Assembly: GCA_012512325.1 (NCBI GenBank) | Contig: JAAZEL010000050.1 | Location: forward strand, 337-64,336 | From: Candidatus Fermentithermobacillaceae bacterium | Lineage (GTDB): Bacteria; Bacillota; Sulfobacillia; Fermentithermobacillales; Fermentithermobacillaceae | Direction of reading: 5' to 3' | Length of the DNA: 64,000 bases | In this document: positions 40,315 to 49,007 of the stretch, piece by piece | How the letters are laid out: every line of letters begins with the position of its first letter | Numbering within the stretch: position 1 is the stretch's first letter | Translations under genes and position numbers: made by a program | Notes under the pieces: model-generated | Databases searched by the model: none | Seen by the model: the letters and a program-made list of their open reading frames with translations, nothing else | Told to the model about the DNA's origin: nothing

Positions 40315-42382
40315 GGATCACAGCCGGGTCACCTTGGGGCAGGATGGTGGCGCCTCCTATACCCTTGATGCGCGAAAGGATCCTGCCTAGTTCCTTGACT
40401 ACTATTTCCTCTTCACCAATGAGCCTGTCTACCCCCAGAGCCAAGGGTTCATCGTGGGTGCGGGTAAGCACCGCATACCTGAACTTGCCATTGCCCATCC
40501 AGGGATCGTCTTTGAGACAACCTTCAAGGGAGACCAAGGGAAACACTCTCCCTCTCACAGTCAGGGCTGCCTTGCCCTTGATGGTCTTGACATCATCGCG
40601 CCGTACAGCTAGAACCTCTTCAACTGAAGGAGTGGGTATCGCGTAGGTAATCCCTGAGCACTCCACCAGCAACGCCCGGACAATGGCGAGAGTGAGGGGC
40701 AGGCGCAAAGTCGCGGAGGTACCTACGCCCACCTGGCTCTTGATCTCGATGTGGCCGTTTACCCGCTCCAGGTTTGACTTGACCACATCCATGCCTACGC
40801 CCCTGCCTGACACCTCAGTTGCCTCCCGGGCGGTGGAAAAACCGGGGGTGAAAATCAGTTCCAGCGCTTCCCTGTCAGACAGTCTGGCAGCCGCCTCCCT
40901 GGTGATTATCCCCTTGTTCACCGCCGACTCCCTTATCCTGTCAGGGTCTATCCCCCTGCCGTCGTCTCTGATCCGGATCAGGACCTGGTTTTCCTGGTAC
41001 CACGCCGACAGGGTTATCCTGCCTCTCTCCGGCTTGCCCAGGGCTTTTCTTTCCTCAGGCATTTCAATGCCATGATCAACTGCATTCCGGAGGATGTGTA
41101 TGAGGGGGTCGTCTATGGCTTCCAGCACCGTCCTGTCAAGCTCGGGGCGCTCGCCCCTGATTTCGAAATCGATTAGCTTGCCGCACCGGCTTGACAGGTC
41201 TCTGACCATCCTGGGAAACTTGGAGAGTATGCTCCTTAGAGGCAGTAGCCGCGCTTTCATGATGCCTTCCTGGAGTTCCTGGGAGGTTCTTTGAAGCCTC
41301 GCCGAAAGGGCGGCCACCTCGTTGCCGATTACCGCCGTATCGGTATTGGCCTGGAGTCGGGAAGCCAATTGGGAGAGCCTGGGCCTGTCGATCACCAGTT
41401 CCCCTACCAGATTGAGCAGTAGGTCAAGAAGGGCCACATTCACGCGCACCGTGCGCCCTAGATTGGTTGTCCTCACCAGGGAGTCAGACCCTGAGTCCTC
41501 TTGTGCATCGGGCGATTCAGGCCCGCCGGGCGTGGGACCGTGGCCGCGTGCCCCTTGACCGGCCTGCCGGCCGGCTTGCTCCTGTGTCGGTAATTCATAC
41601 GGAACCAGGGAAACCTGGATAACATCCTGTACTGACTCAGCCGCTCTCCTGGCCGATTCTCCGCCGTCGTCGCTTGTCAGGTAGATAGCCAGAGCATCGC
41701 CCACCTCTCCGGCTTCCACCTTTTCCGCAGACGGCACTGAACCGATTATCTCAGCCTCTTCACCGACCAGTACCAGCAATTGAAAGCATCTTACTGAAAG
41801 GAGCTCTGCTTGGTCCAAGCTTACAGTTAGCTTGTACACAGGCTCTCCTTGTTTCAGTTTTTCTGCGATCTGCCGGGCGAGGTCGGGATCAGGAGTGAAT
41901 GAACCTTCACCTTCACGGTAGTCTTCCACCTGAAGCACGTCTTCACTTGAAGTTGCGGCATCCTCCCCTGTTTCGTCAGCGCCGGGCCGCGCCCCCTGGA
42001 TCCCATGGATTTGTGCCATTATGCTTTCAATGGGCGGCCGCTCGCTCCCGCTTTCCAAAGCAGCTTTCCAGCTTGAGAGCCAGTCCAACACGGAGAACAG
42101 CAAGTCTGTTATTTCCCGTGTAAGGGCACGCTGTCCTGACCTGATGGTATCCAGGATGCTTTCCGTGGCGTGGGTTACTTCCACGCCGTCCTGCAAGCCT
42201 AAAGTAGCAGCACCGCCCTTTATGGTATGCATTGCTCTGAATATTTCCTGAATAATCGCTTTCCCTGAGGGTGACTTCTCCAACTCAACCAGGTTCTGCT
42301 CCGTATTGGCCAGAAGCTCGTCAACTTCTTCGAGAAAAGCAGTCAGGTCTTCCATATGCTCCATGGGGCTAAGCTCCTTCAC
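40286..42382 (-). CDS. cheA: Chemotaxis histidine kinase CheA
   Basis: HPt domain (HTIKGGAATLG), dimerisation domain, HATPase domain and C-terminal CheW-like domain. 698 aa. Confidence 0.93.
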   Translation of the reverse strand: MKELSPMEHMEDLTAFLEEVDELLANTEQNLVELEKSPSGKAIIQEIFRAMHTIKGGAATLGLQDGVEVTHATESILDTIRSGQRALTREITDLLFSVLDWLSSWKAALESGSERPPIESIMAQIHGIQGARPGADETGEDAATSSEDVLQVEDYREGEGSFTPDPDLARQIAEKLKQGEPVYKLTVSLDQAELLSVRCFQLLVLVGEEAEIIGSVPSAEKVEAGEVGDALAIYLTSDDGGESARRAAESVQDVIQVSLVPYELPTQEQAGRQAGQGARGHGPTPGGPESPDAQEDSGSDSLVRTTNLGRTVRVNVALLDLLLNLVGELVIDRPRLSQLASRLQANTDTAVIGNEVAALSARLQRTSQELQEGIMKARLLPLRSILSKFPRMVRDLSSRCGKLIDFEIRGERPELDRTVLEAIDDPLIHILRNAVDHGIEMPEERKALGKPERGRITLSAWYQENQVLIRIRDDGRGIDPDRIRESAVNKGIITREAAARLSDREALELIFTPGFSTAREATEVSGRGVGMDVVKSNLERVNGHIEIKSQVGVGTSATLRLPLTLAIVRALLVECSGITYAIPTPSVEEVLAVRRDDVKTIKGKAALTVRGRVFPLVSLEGCLKDDPWMGNGKFRYAVLTRTHDEPLALGVDRLIGEEEIVVKELGRILSRIKGIGGATILPQGDPAVILDTNTLLWR

Positions 42383-42392
42383 TCTTCGGGCT

Positions 42393-42914
42393 TTACCCGG
42401 CCAAAGCAGATGCCAAATCCACCTGCTTCAGGGTGCGCTTCTCGGCATCTGAGATGATCCGGGTAAGATCCAGCAGGACAATAAGGGAATCGTTCACTTT
42501 GGCGATACCCTGGATGTAATCGTTAGCCTCGCCCGCGATTACCGAGGCAGGCGGCTCAACAGCGTCATCGCTAATGCGGATTACCGAAGACACTGAATCT
42601 ACGATTACACCGATGCCTTCCCCTTCGGATTCAGTGAGTACGATCCTTTGCTCGGGGGTAGCTTCCTTTTTCTCAAAACCAAAGTGCTTTCTCAGATCAA
42701 GCACAGGGATGACTTTGCCTCTCAGGTTAATGATGCCTTCCACAAAATCAGGGGCCCTTGGAACGGGTACGATCTTTTGGATGGGTATGATCTCCCTGAC
42801 TTTCTGGATGTCCACACCGTAAGTCTCCGAGCCCAAACAAAAGGCGACGATTTGCCGGTCGTGGCCGGTTTCACGACCGTTGAGGTCCCTTTCCTGATTT
42901 TGACTGCTGGACAC
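42393..42914 (-). CDS. cheW: Chemotaxis coupling protein CheW
   Basis: CheW-like domain (GVDIQKVREI...INLRGKVIPVLDLR). Confidence 0.9.
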   Translation of the reverse strand: MSSSQNQERDLNGRETGHDRQIVAFCLGSETYGVDIQKVREIIPIQKIVPVPRAPDFVEGIINLRGKVIPVLDLRKHFGFEKKEATPEQRIVLTESEGEGIGVIVDSVSSVIRISDDAVEPPASVIAGEANDYIQGIAKVNDSLIVLLDLTRIISDAEKRTLKQVDLASALAG

Positions 42915-43007
42915 GATAATCCCCCTGTCACCTAGTATCGTAATTAGGCTGCAGGGCGTTAACGCGCCATCCGCCTTATTCAGGGGGTTTAGCAGGGGAT
43001 AACAGTT

Positions 43008-44795
43008 TCAAGGAGAAAACCCAATGGTCTCGCATATTACCTCCCATATGTCGGGAGTCTCAAACCCCCGGCGCCACGCGGCCACCCCGGCGAGGTCATG
43101 CTGCTTGACAAGCTGAACGCGCTTTTTCATGGATGAAGCATCTTCAATCCATACTTTGTAAGTGTCATTGCCCGATTGCTTTTCGGCGTAAAGCAGCCCT
43201 GTGTCAGCCTGGTATTCCGGCGTCACCTTTTCCTCCCGGAGCCACCGGGAAACGGCGGCCATACCTAATGCCCTGGGAGTCACGGTTGTCTTACCGTCCT
43301 CCACGGTCTCCTTCCAGAGCCGGGTATAGAAGGGGACGCCCAGCACCAGTTTGTCCCTTGGGACTTCCTCGAGGGTTTTCTGAATGGTCCATTCGGTCCA
43401 CGGAATGGTTGATACCGGTCCCGCCACCTTGGAGCCGTGGGGGTACTGATCGTACGCCATGAGCATGACGTAATCCACCACTTGGGCAAGTTTGTCCCGC
43501 TCCAGGAACAACGACCAATTGGGGCTGGAAGACTTCACGGTTATGTCAATTGACACTGTAAGCCCCTGGTTATGGAGGAGGGGGGTGAGTTCCCGCATGA
43601 ACTGGGTAAGGTAGGGGCCGTCATCCAAGTACACGTTTTCGAAATCCACGTTGATCCCGTCCAGGCTGTAAATATCGGCGTATATAAGGAGCTGGGATAT
43701 CGCTTTGTCTCTCAGCTCTGAACTCCTGAGCACAACGGAGGTCCTTTCAGGATCAAAGGAGTTGGAAAACAGCGCCCATACCTGGTATCCCCGGGAATGT
43801 GCCCAGTTTACGTAACGCATGTCAGCCCGGTTCTCAAGCTCGCCGGGAGTATCTGCAAGGTGAAACCAGGTGGGCGAGACTACGTTCAACCCGGGCATTT
43901 CACCGATGGCTGACGGGTCAGGGGTAACCTTCTCAACGTGTTCCCACGCAAGCACCACCTTGTCGCCTTTCAGCGGGGTGGGCACATACTCTGAAGGCCT
44001 TTGGGCCACCGGGGCTTCTTCCCTAAGTCCTGACGCGTGTTTCTTGGGGACAAACCCGCACAATCCTGATGTTGTTTCCACTTTGAGCCACCTTCCTGTG
44101 TCGCCGTACACCACAAGCTGCTCACCCTCAGGCAGGACCGCTACCCGCCTTGCCAAAGCCGATGCTTTGGATCTCAGTACGGTGCCGGCGCCGGTCTGTC
44201 CGACGGTGCTGGGAATATCCAGCCGCCTTACCAGAAATATACCATGTTCTTGGCTGTAAAGTGAGGCAACCGGATACAGCGTTTCCAGAGCGGTTGCAGG
44301 CACATAAGGCTCTTTCCCATCGAGGATCACCGGGAATTCCAAAGTGACCGGGTGTTGGTTCACGTAGGCGGTAAGGGATTCGGTCCTGAGTTTTACCACC
44401 TTGTCACTCGTGGTGACAACCATTACGCCGCTTTCATCCCAGTGCACATCGGGATCGAGTTTGTCCCGGATAAAGCTTAATGGAACATATGCTTCGCCGT
44501 TCTCCACTACTACGGGAAACCTGTGCACATCGCCGCGGTACACCAGCTGGGGGCGGCCGGCAGCGGGGCGTTCTACATATTGGAATGACGGGTAAACCAA
44601 CGCTGCCGCCCCCAGTAAGATAGCCGCAGTCAGCACCAGCAAGCGCCACGGAGCACGCCTGGGCCCCGCCGGAAAGGCGGTCCTGGTTCTCCTGGGCGGA
44701 ATCGATGTGCTTGGCATAGATCCAGGCAATATCCTCATCCTTCTGCGCTTTTCCGCGTCCCGAGATGTACGGGACTTGGGTATTATTCCATGCAC
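43008..44795 (-). CDS. GH18 glycoside hydrolase with N-terminal copper-amine-oxidase-like repeats and an SH3b domain (YdhD/YaaH-like spore peptidoglycan hydrolase)
   Basis: GH18 catalytic motif LDGINVDFE (DxxDxDxE). Two copper-amine-oxidase N-terminal-like repeats (ENGEAYVPLSFI and DGKEPYVPATAL). An SH3-like segment. Signal anchor. Confidence 0.7.
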   Translation of the reverse strand: MHGIIPKSRTSRDAEKRRRMRILPGSMPSTSIPPRRTRTAFPAGPRRAPWRLLVLTAAILLGAAALVYPSFQYVERPAAGRPQLVYRGDVHRFPVVVENGEAYVPLSFIRDKLDPDVHWDESGVMVVTTSDKVVKLRTESLTAYVNQHPVTLEFPVILDGKEPYVPATALETLYPVASLYSQEHGIFLVRRLDIPSTVGQTGAGTVLRSKASALARRVAVLPEGEQLVVYGDTGRWLKVETTSGLCGFVPKKHASGLREEAPVAQRPSEYVPTPLKGDKVVLAWEHVEKVTPDPSAIGEMPGLNVVSPTWFHLADTPGELENRADMRYVNWAHSRGYQVWALFSNSFDPERTSVVLRSSELRDKAISQLLIYADIYSLDGINVDFENVYLDDGPYLTQFMRELTPLLHNQGLTVSIDITVKSSSPNWSLFLERDKLAQVVDYVMLMAYDQYPHGSKVAGPVSTIPWTEWTIQKTLEEVPRDKLVLGVPFYTRLWKETVEDGKTTVTPRALGMAAVSRWLREEKVTPEYQADTGLLYAEKQSGNDTYKVWIEDASSMKKRVQLVKQHDLAGVAAWRRGFETPDIWEVICETIGFSP

Positions 44796-44993
44796 AAACG
44801 GGCTGTCTGACTAAGCTGGATTCGACGTGGGCCCGGTTCTAATCCTGCCCGAACAGATGGATATTTCGGGTGCGTGAGGTAGGTTCTGAAGCAAGGGCGT
44901 AGGCCAAGAGCTTTACAAGGGGCAAGGCCATACAAGCAAAAAGACGTTCATCCTGAACGCCTTTTGCTCCCAGATAACTGGGTATATGATCTC

Positions 44994-46094
44994 TCAACCG
45001 ATCACTTGTTTGTAGACCCTCAGCCAGTTGCCACCCAGGACTTTCTTGATCTCCTCTTCGGTATAGCCACGGTTCAGAAGCTCTTCCGTAAGTTGGGGCA
45101 TTTGAGATACATCTTTCATCACCTGGGGGCTTCCCGGGGTCACGCCAAACCCGTCAAAATCGGAGCCAAGGCCTACATGGTCGATGCCGGCCACCTTCTT
45201 TATGTGGTCGATATGGGCACACACCCTGGACAGGGACACCTTCGCCCTGTCGTCATCCACGAACGGCGGGCAAAACACTACACCGATGACCCCGCCTTTT
45301 TCAGCTATGGCTTCTATCTGCTTGTCAGTGAGATTCCGGGGATGAGAAGCCAGGGCCCGCGCATTTGAGTGAGACGCGATGTACGGCCTTTCAGCCACCT
45401 CATGGACACCCCAGAAACTTGACTCAGACAGGTGGGATACGTCAACGAGCATCCCCAATTTCTCCATTTCCTTTGCCACGGAAATGCCCAGGTCTGTAAG
45501 GCCTGACCTGGCTGACTTCTCTCCGACCCCATCGGCCAGGTCGTTTCGCTGGTTCCAGGTGAGGCCCATGGCCCTGACACCCAGCCTGTAGAAATTCCTC
45601 AGTACGGACAGGCTGCCTTCGATGGCCTCGCCTCCCTCGATGCTCAGAAGCCCGGCCACCTTGCCTTCAGCTTTGGCGTCAAGAATATCCTGGGTCTTGG
45701 TGGCCATGACAAACACCTCTGATTGGCCCACCAAATTGTAGAACTCATCCAGGAGTTCCAGACACCGTCTCGCTGACGCCCCAGGCTTGTACCGGGGTTC
45801 TATGTATAACGCCATCACCTGGCAGGTAATCCCGCCTTCTACGAGCCTGGGGAGATCGATATGGCCGTCTTCGTTCCGTTTGAAGAAATCCCGCGCCTTG
45901 GTTCCGAGCCACGAACCACGGCTCATAACCGAGAGTATGGTATCGCAGTGCCCGTCGATGACCACCGCTTCTCGGTGGAGTTCCAGAGCTTTTAGCACAG
46001 GAATACCCTCCTTAGTAAGATGCCAGGTTCGCTTCTCAACACGGAACCTGGCATTAACAGTGGTTGGTGTCTCAACTCCGCAATATGTACACAC
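44994..46094 (-). CDS. Membrane dipeptidase (peptidase family M19)
   Basis: VIDGHCDT N-terminal motif and renal-dipeptidase family blocks. About 360 aa. Confidence 0.8.
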   Translation of the reverse strand: MCTYCGVETPTTVNARFRVEKRTWHLTKEGIPVLKALELHREAVVIDGHCDTILSVMSRGSWLGTKARDFFKRNEDGHIDLPRLVEGGITCQVMALYIEPRYKPGASARRCLELLDEFYNLVGQSEVFVMATKTQDILDAKAEGKVAGLLSIEGGEAIEGSLSVLRNFYRLGVRAMGLTWNQRNDLADGVGEKSARSGLTDLGISVAKEMEKLGMLVDVSHLSESSFWGVHEVAERPYIASHSNARALASHPRNLTDKQIEAIAEKGGVIGVVFCPPFVDDDRAKVSLSRVCAHIDHIKKVAGIDHVGLGSDFDGFGVTPGSPQVMKDVSQMPQLTEELLNRGYTEEEIKKVLGGNWLRVYKQVIG

Positions 46095-46139
46095 TTGTCT
46101 TTTTCTGAATGCGGGAAGCTTCAGGCAACCGCCGGCTCC

Positions 46140-46370
<231 letters not shown>

Positions 46371-46417
46371 TTAGTGATTATAACACAACCCCCGGATTCA
46401 GTAGTGAGCTAGGCCGA

Positions 46418-47120
46418 CTATTTTAGCCTGGCTGCTTGGAGAGCATTGCTCACGGCTTCTATCCACTTCTGTGAACTGTTTGTGGCTCCGCTGAAGGTGT
46501 CCACCTCAGGACCGTTTTGCTCAACAAACGCCCTTTCCAGGTGGTCCTTCGCCTCGAGCACGACTGTGTACTGGCAAGTAGCGTAGTCTCTCAGCTCGTT
46601 TTCTCCGGTCACTTCCAAGAGCCGGACGGCTTTGATCTGATCTCCTTCAACGGTAACGAAGGCAATGCCGTAACCTTTGTCATCGGCTTCAGACCGGCCC
46701 ATGAACGTGCCGTCAAAATACTGGGTAGTGATTTGAGGCTTTATCCTGGCTTTCTCCAGGGCGTGCTCTACTGCTGAAATATACTTCGTGGATGACGCGG
46801 TGGCACCGCTGAAAGCGTCAATATTTGCATCTTGCCTGCCGATGAAACGGCCGGGCAATTCCTTATTGGCCTGCTTGGCAGGTTCCCACGGATACGCCTC
46901 CATGTCCTTCTGGACAGCCGTGGAGTCGAATTCGGTAATCTTGACATCGGTGATCTTGTCATCTTTGATGGTAACCTCCGCGATGGCATAACCGTTGTCA
47001 TCGGCCGGGGATACACCCACGTATGTGCCGTTGTTGAACACCTTCGGACCGCAACCTGTAAGCGACATAACCAGCACCAAACCTGACACCAATAGGCACG
47101 CCAATTGCCGATTCGTCATC
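46418..47120 (-). CDS. Lipoprotein with two FMN-binding (FMN_bind) domains. Start at MTNRQLA; the longer ORF reaches 47311.
   Basis: AGGAGGGG Shine-Dalgarno before the ATG at about 47120. Lipobox LTGC. Two SGATxSS motifs typical of NqrC/RnfG-type FMN-binding domains. Confidence 0.7.
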
Positions 47121-47471
47121 AATACCCCTCCTGAAAATTGCTGAAACGGATACTTGATCTGATCATTACCCTCCATGGTGAATATGATAAGCTGCAAACA
47201 CACTTGTTCCAAGCTGTTTTTCGTATCCCATAATGTGCCGATTCTCGATATTTTTCGGGAATAGGCCGTTTCCCGCCGCCTAGGTGGGCCCCCCGTGTGC
47301 AGGAAGGCCATCCATATTATGTAATGGTTGTATACAGTTTGGGTAACCGGTTCTTGTCAATGTGTGTCGAACGAATCCCGGTTGTCCACAAGGGTTTCCA
47401 CAGCAACCCAAGAGAATCAAACCCGGCACCGGTTGAGTAGCGGCCAATGTCCATGGAACAGGAGGATAGAG

Positions 47472-47810
47472 ATGGCAAAGATAGCCGTGAGAAGGAGCAC
47501 ACGAAGCTGTTGCCATGATGGGCGGGAATTTGTAATCCATTATGAACTTGAAACTCTGGCAGCACCTGAAGCGTGCTTGATCAGGGCCTACCTGGAAGAA
47601 ATATCCACAGACGGGCAGGGCGTCGAAACACCCTCAACCAGGGTTGAAGTGCTATGCCCATACCGTGAACTTGGCGAAAAACTGTTCGACCTTATTAGCA
47701 ATACCTCTGAGCCGGTCTTCCCGGTACACCTGCCTGAAATCGCGCGAGATCAGCTTTCTTCCGCCTTATTGGATGGCTTTAGTTTTGTCTCGAAGGCAAG
47801 TCCCTTGTGA
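47472..47810 (+). CDS. Hypothetical 112-aa protein. Start at MAKIAVRR, which has a strong Shine-Dalgarno.
   Basis: AGGAGGATAGAG lies 0-3 nt before the ATG. No recognisable motifs. Divergent from the FMN-binding lipoprotein gene. Confidence 0.4.
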   Translation: MAKIAVRRSTRSCCHDGREFVIHYELETLAAPEACLIRAYLEEISTDGQGVETPSTRVEVLCPYRELGEKLFDLISNTSEPVFPVHLPEIARDQLSSALLDGFSFVSKASPL

Positions 47811-48395
47811 TCTTAGGCAAGATGTCGTAGAACTCTATGAATTCATCGGCGACATCGACCAACTCGCCAGCAGCTTTGAAGTTGCAGTTGGCATAAGCAT
47901 CTGGATGTTGTGTCGACAGCACCTGGATCCTGACGCCTCGCTTTGCCACGGCCCGGATTAAAGGCACAAAATCGCCGTCGCCTGAACACAGAATGAACTT
48001 GTCGCAACAGTCTACCAGGGAGAACATATCGATGGCAAGTTCCAAGTCCAAATCTGCCTTTATGGTGCCGCCTGCAAATACTTTTAAGGATTTGAGCACA
48101 ACCATGTACCCGTTTCTGTTGAGAAACCTATAGAACGATTGGGACCTGCGTCTTTGGCTTTCAAGATCTTCTCTCAAGGTTTCCGGGTCATTGTGAGAAG
48201 ATAACTTCACATATTGGTCAATTGTCTCAACGGTCCACTCACCTGTGTAGTAATACGCCCTTATCAGGACTTCCTTGAGACAGGTGATTGAGCAGTTTGA
48301 CGAAATCAACCTGGATCCCGAAGGCATCATAGGTGGCATACTTGAAGCTCCAACCGTCCACGAATATCGCTATCCGCGGGGGGGATATGATCCGT
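47779..48395 (-). pseudogene. NYN/LabA-like (PIN-fold) nuclease-domain gene with an internal frameshift
   Basis: The N-terminal NYN block (IAIFVDGWSFKYATYDAFGIQVDFVKLLNHLSQ) is in one frame and stops at 48239. The continuation (EVLIRAYYYTGEW...ILCSGDGDFVPLIRAV) is in another frame (ORF 47779..48339). A single extra G near 48283 reconciles the two. A G7/C7 homopolymer at 48378-48384 lies at the putative start. Confidence 0.55.
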
Positions 48396-48453
48396 ACCCA
48401 GACTAAGTATTTCCTCCCATTGATTGCAGGTATGTTTGATCGGCTTGAAGGAG

Positions 48454-48530
48454 TGGTGCGCCCGGCGCGAATCGAACGCGCAGCCTTTGGCTCCGGAGGC
48501 CAACGCTCTGTCCGTTTGAGCTACGGGCGC
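48454..48530 (-). tRNA. tRNA-Arg (anticodon CCG)
   Basis: Reverse complement GCGCCCGTAGCTCAAACGGACAGAGCGTTGGCCTCCGGAGCCAAAGGCTGCGCGTTCGATTCGCGCCGGGCGCACCA. Acceptor GCGCCCG/CGGGCGC, anticodon loop CUCCGGA, T-loop GTTCGATTC, encoded CCA. Confidence 0.85.
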
Positions 48531-48584
48531 ATACACGTGGCCATATGAGATTATACCTCCAGCCTCCCAGGAACACAACCTTTA

Positions 48585-48857
48585 CTATAATCGACCCGAC
48601 AATATCAGCACGCCCACTACCACAAACCCTCCGCCGGCGACGTACTTGATGATCTGCTCCGGAACCACCCGGCACAGGCAGTCTCCGACCAAGACCCCGA
48701 TGAGTGAAGACAATACCAAGGCCATCGCCGAACCGAGAAACACGCTCCACGGTGCCTTCTTGGAAGCTGCCAGCATCATCGTGGAAAGCTGCGTCTTGTC
48801 TCCCAACTCGGCCAGAAACACCAATGTAAAGGTGGAAAATACGATTTCCCAGTTCAT
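48585..48857 (-). CDS. UPF0016/GDT1-family half-size membrane protein (MneA/TMEM165-like putative Mn2+/Ca2+ transporter subunit)
   Basis: E-x-G-D-K-T/S motif (ELGDKTQL) at the start of TM1. About 90 aa, 3 TM. The longer ORF to 48944 over-extends. Confidence 0.6.
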   Translation of the reverse strand: MNWEIVFSTFTLVFLAELGDKTQLSTMMLAASKKAPWSVFLGSAMALVLSSLIGVLVGDCLCRVVPEQIIKYVAGGGFVVVGVLILSGRL

Positions 48858-49007
48858 TTCATGAGAGCCATACCGGCTCAAGGCCCCCTTCCTGCAGGTC
48901 AAATCATGACAACATTGTATCTCGAACTCGCGGGGCACGTCCACACTCAGCCCCGCCCGCTTGTCCGTTGCCCGATCCCCTTGAGGGACAACGCGGTCAC
49001 GCTGCTC
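48858..49007 (-). promoter_or_regulatory. 150-nt leader upstream of the UPF0016 gene. Weak resemblance to a yybP-ykoY (Mn2+) riboswitch; hypothesis only.
   Basis: The minus-strand RNA contains CAAGGGGAUCGGG (a GGGGA element), UACAAUGUUGUCAUGA, and a 7-bp GCGGGGC/GCCCCGC stem. UPF0016 genes are a classic yybP-ykoY regulon member. No full consensus match could be verified by eye. Confidence 0.2.

Noticed and set aside
48327-48578. 83-aa minus-strand ORF spanning tRNA-Arg
   Set aside because: It overlaps a confidently folded tRNA gene and the start of the NYN gene. It is an artefact of the ORF finder.
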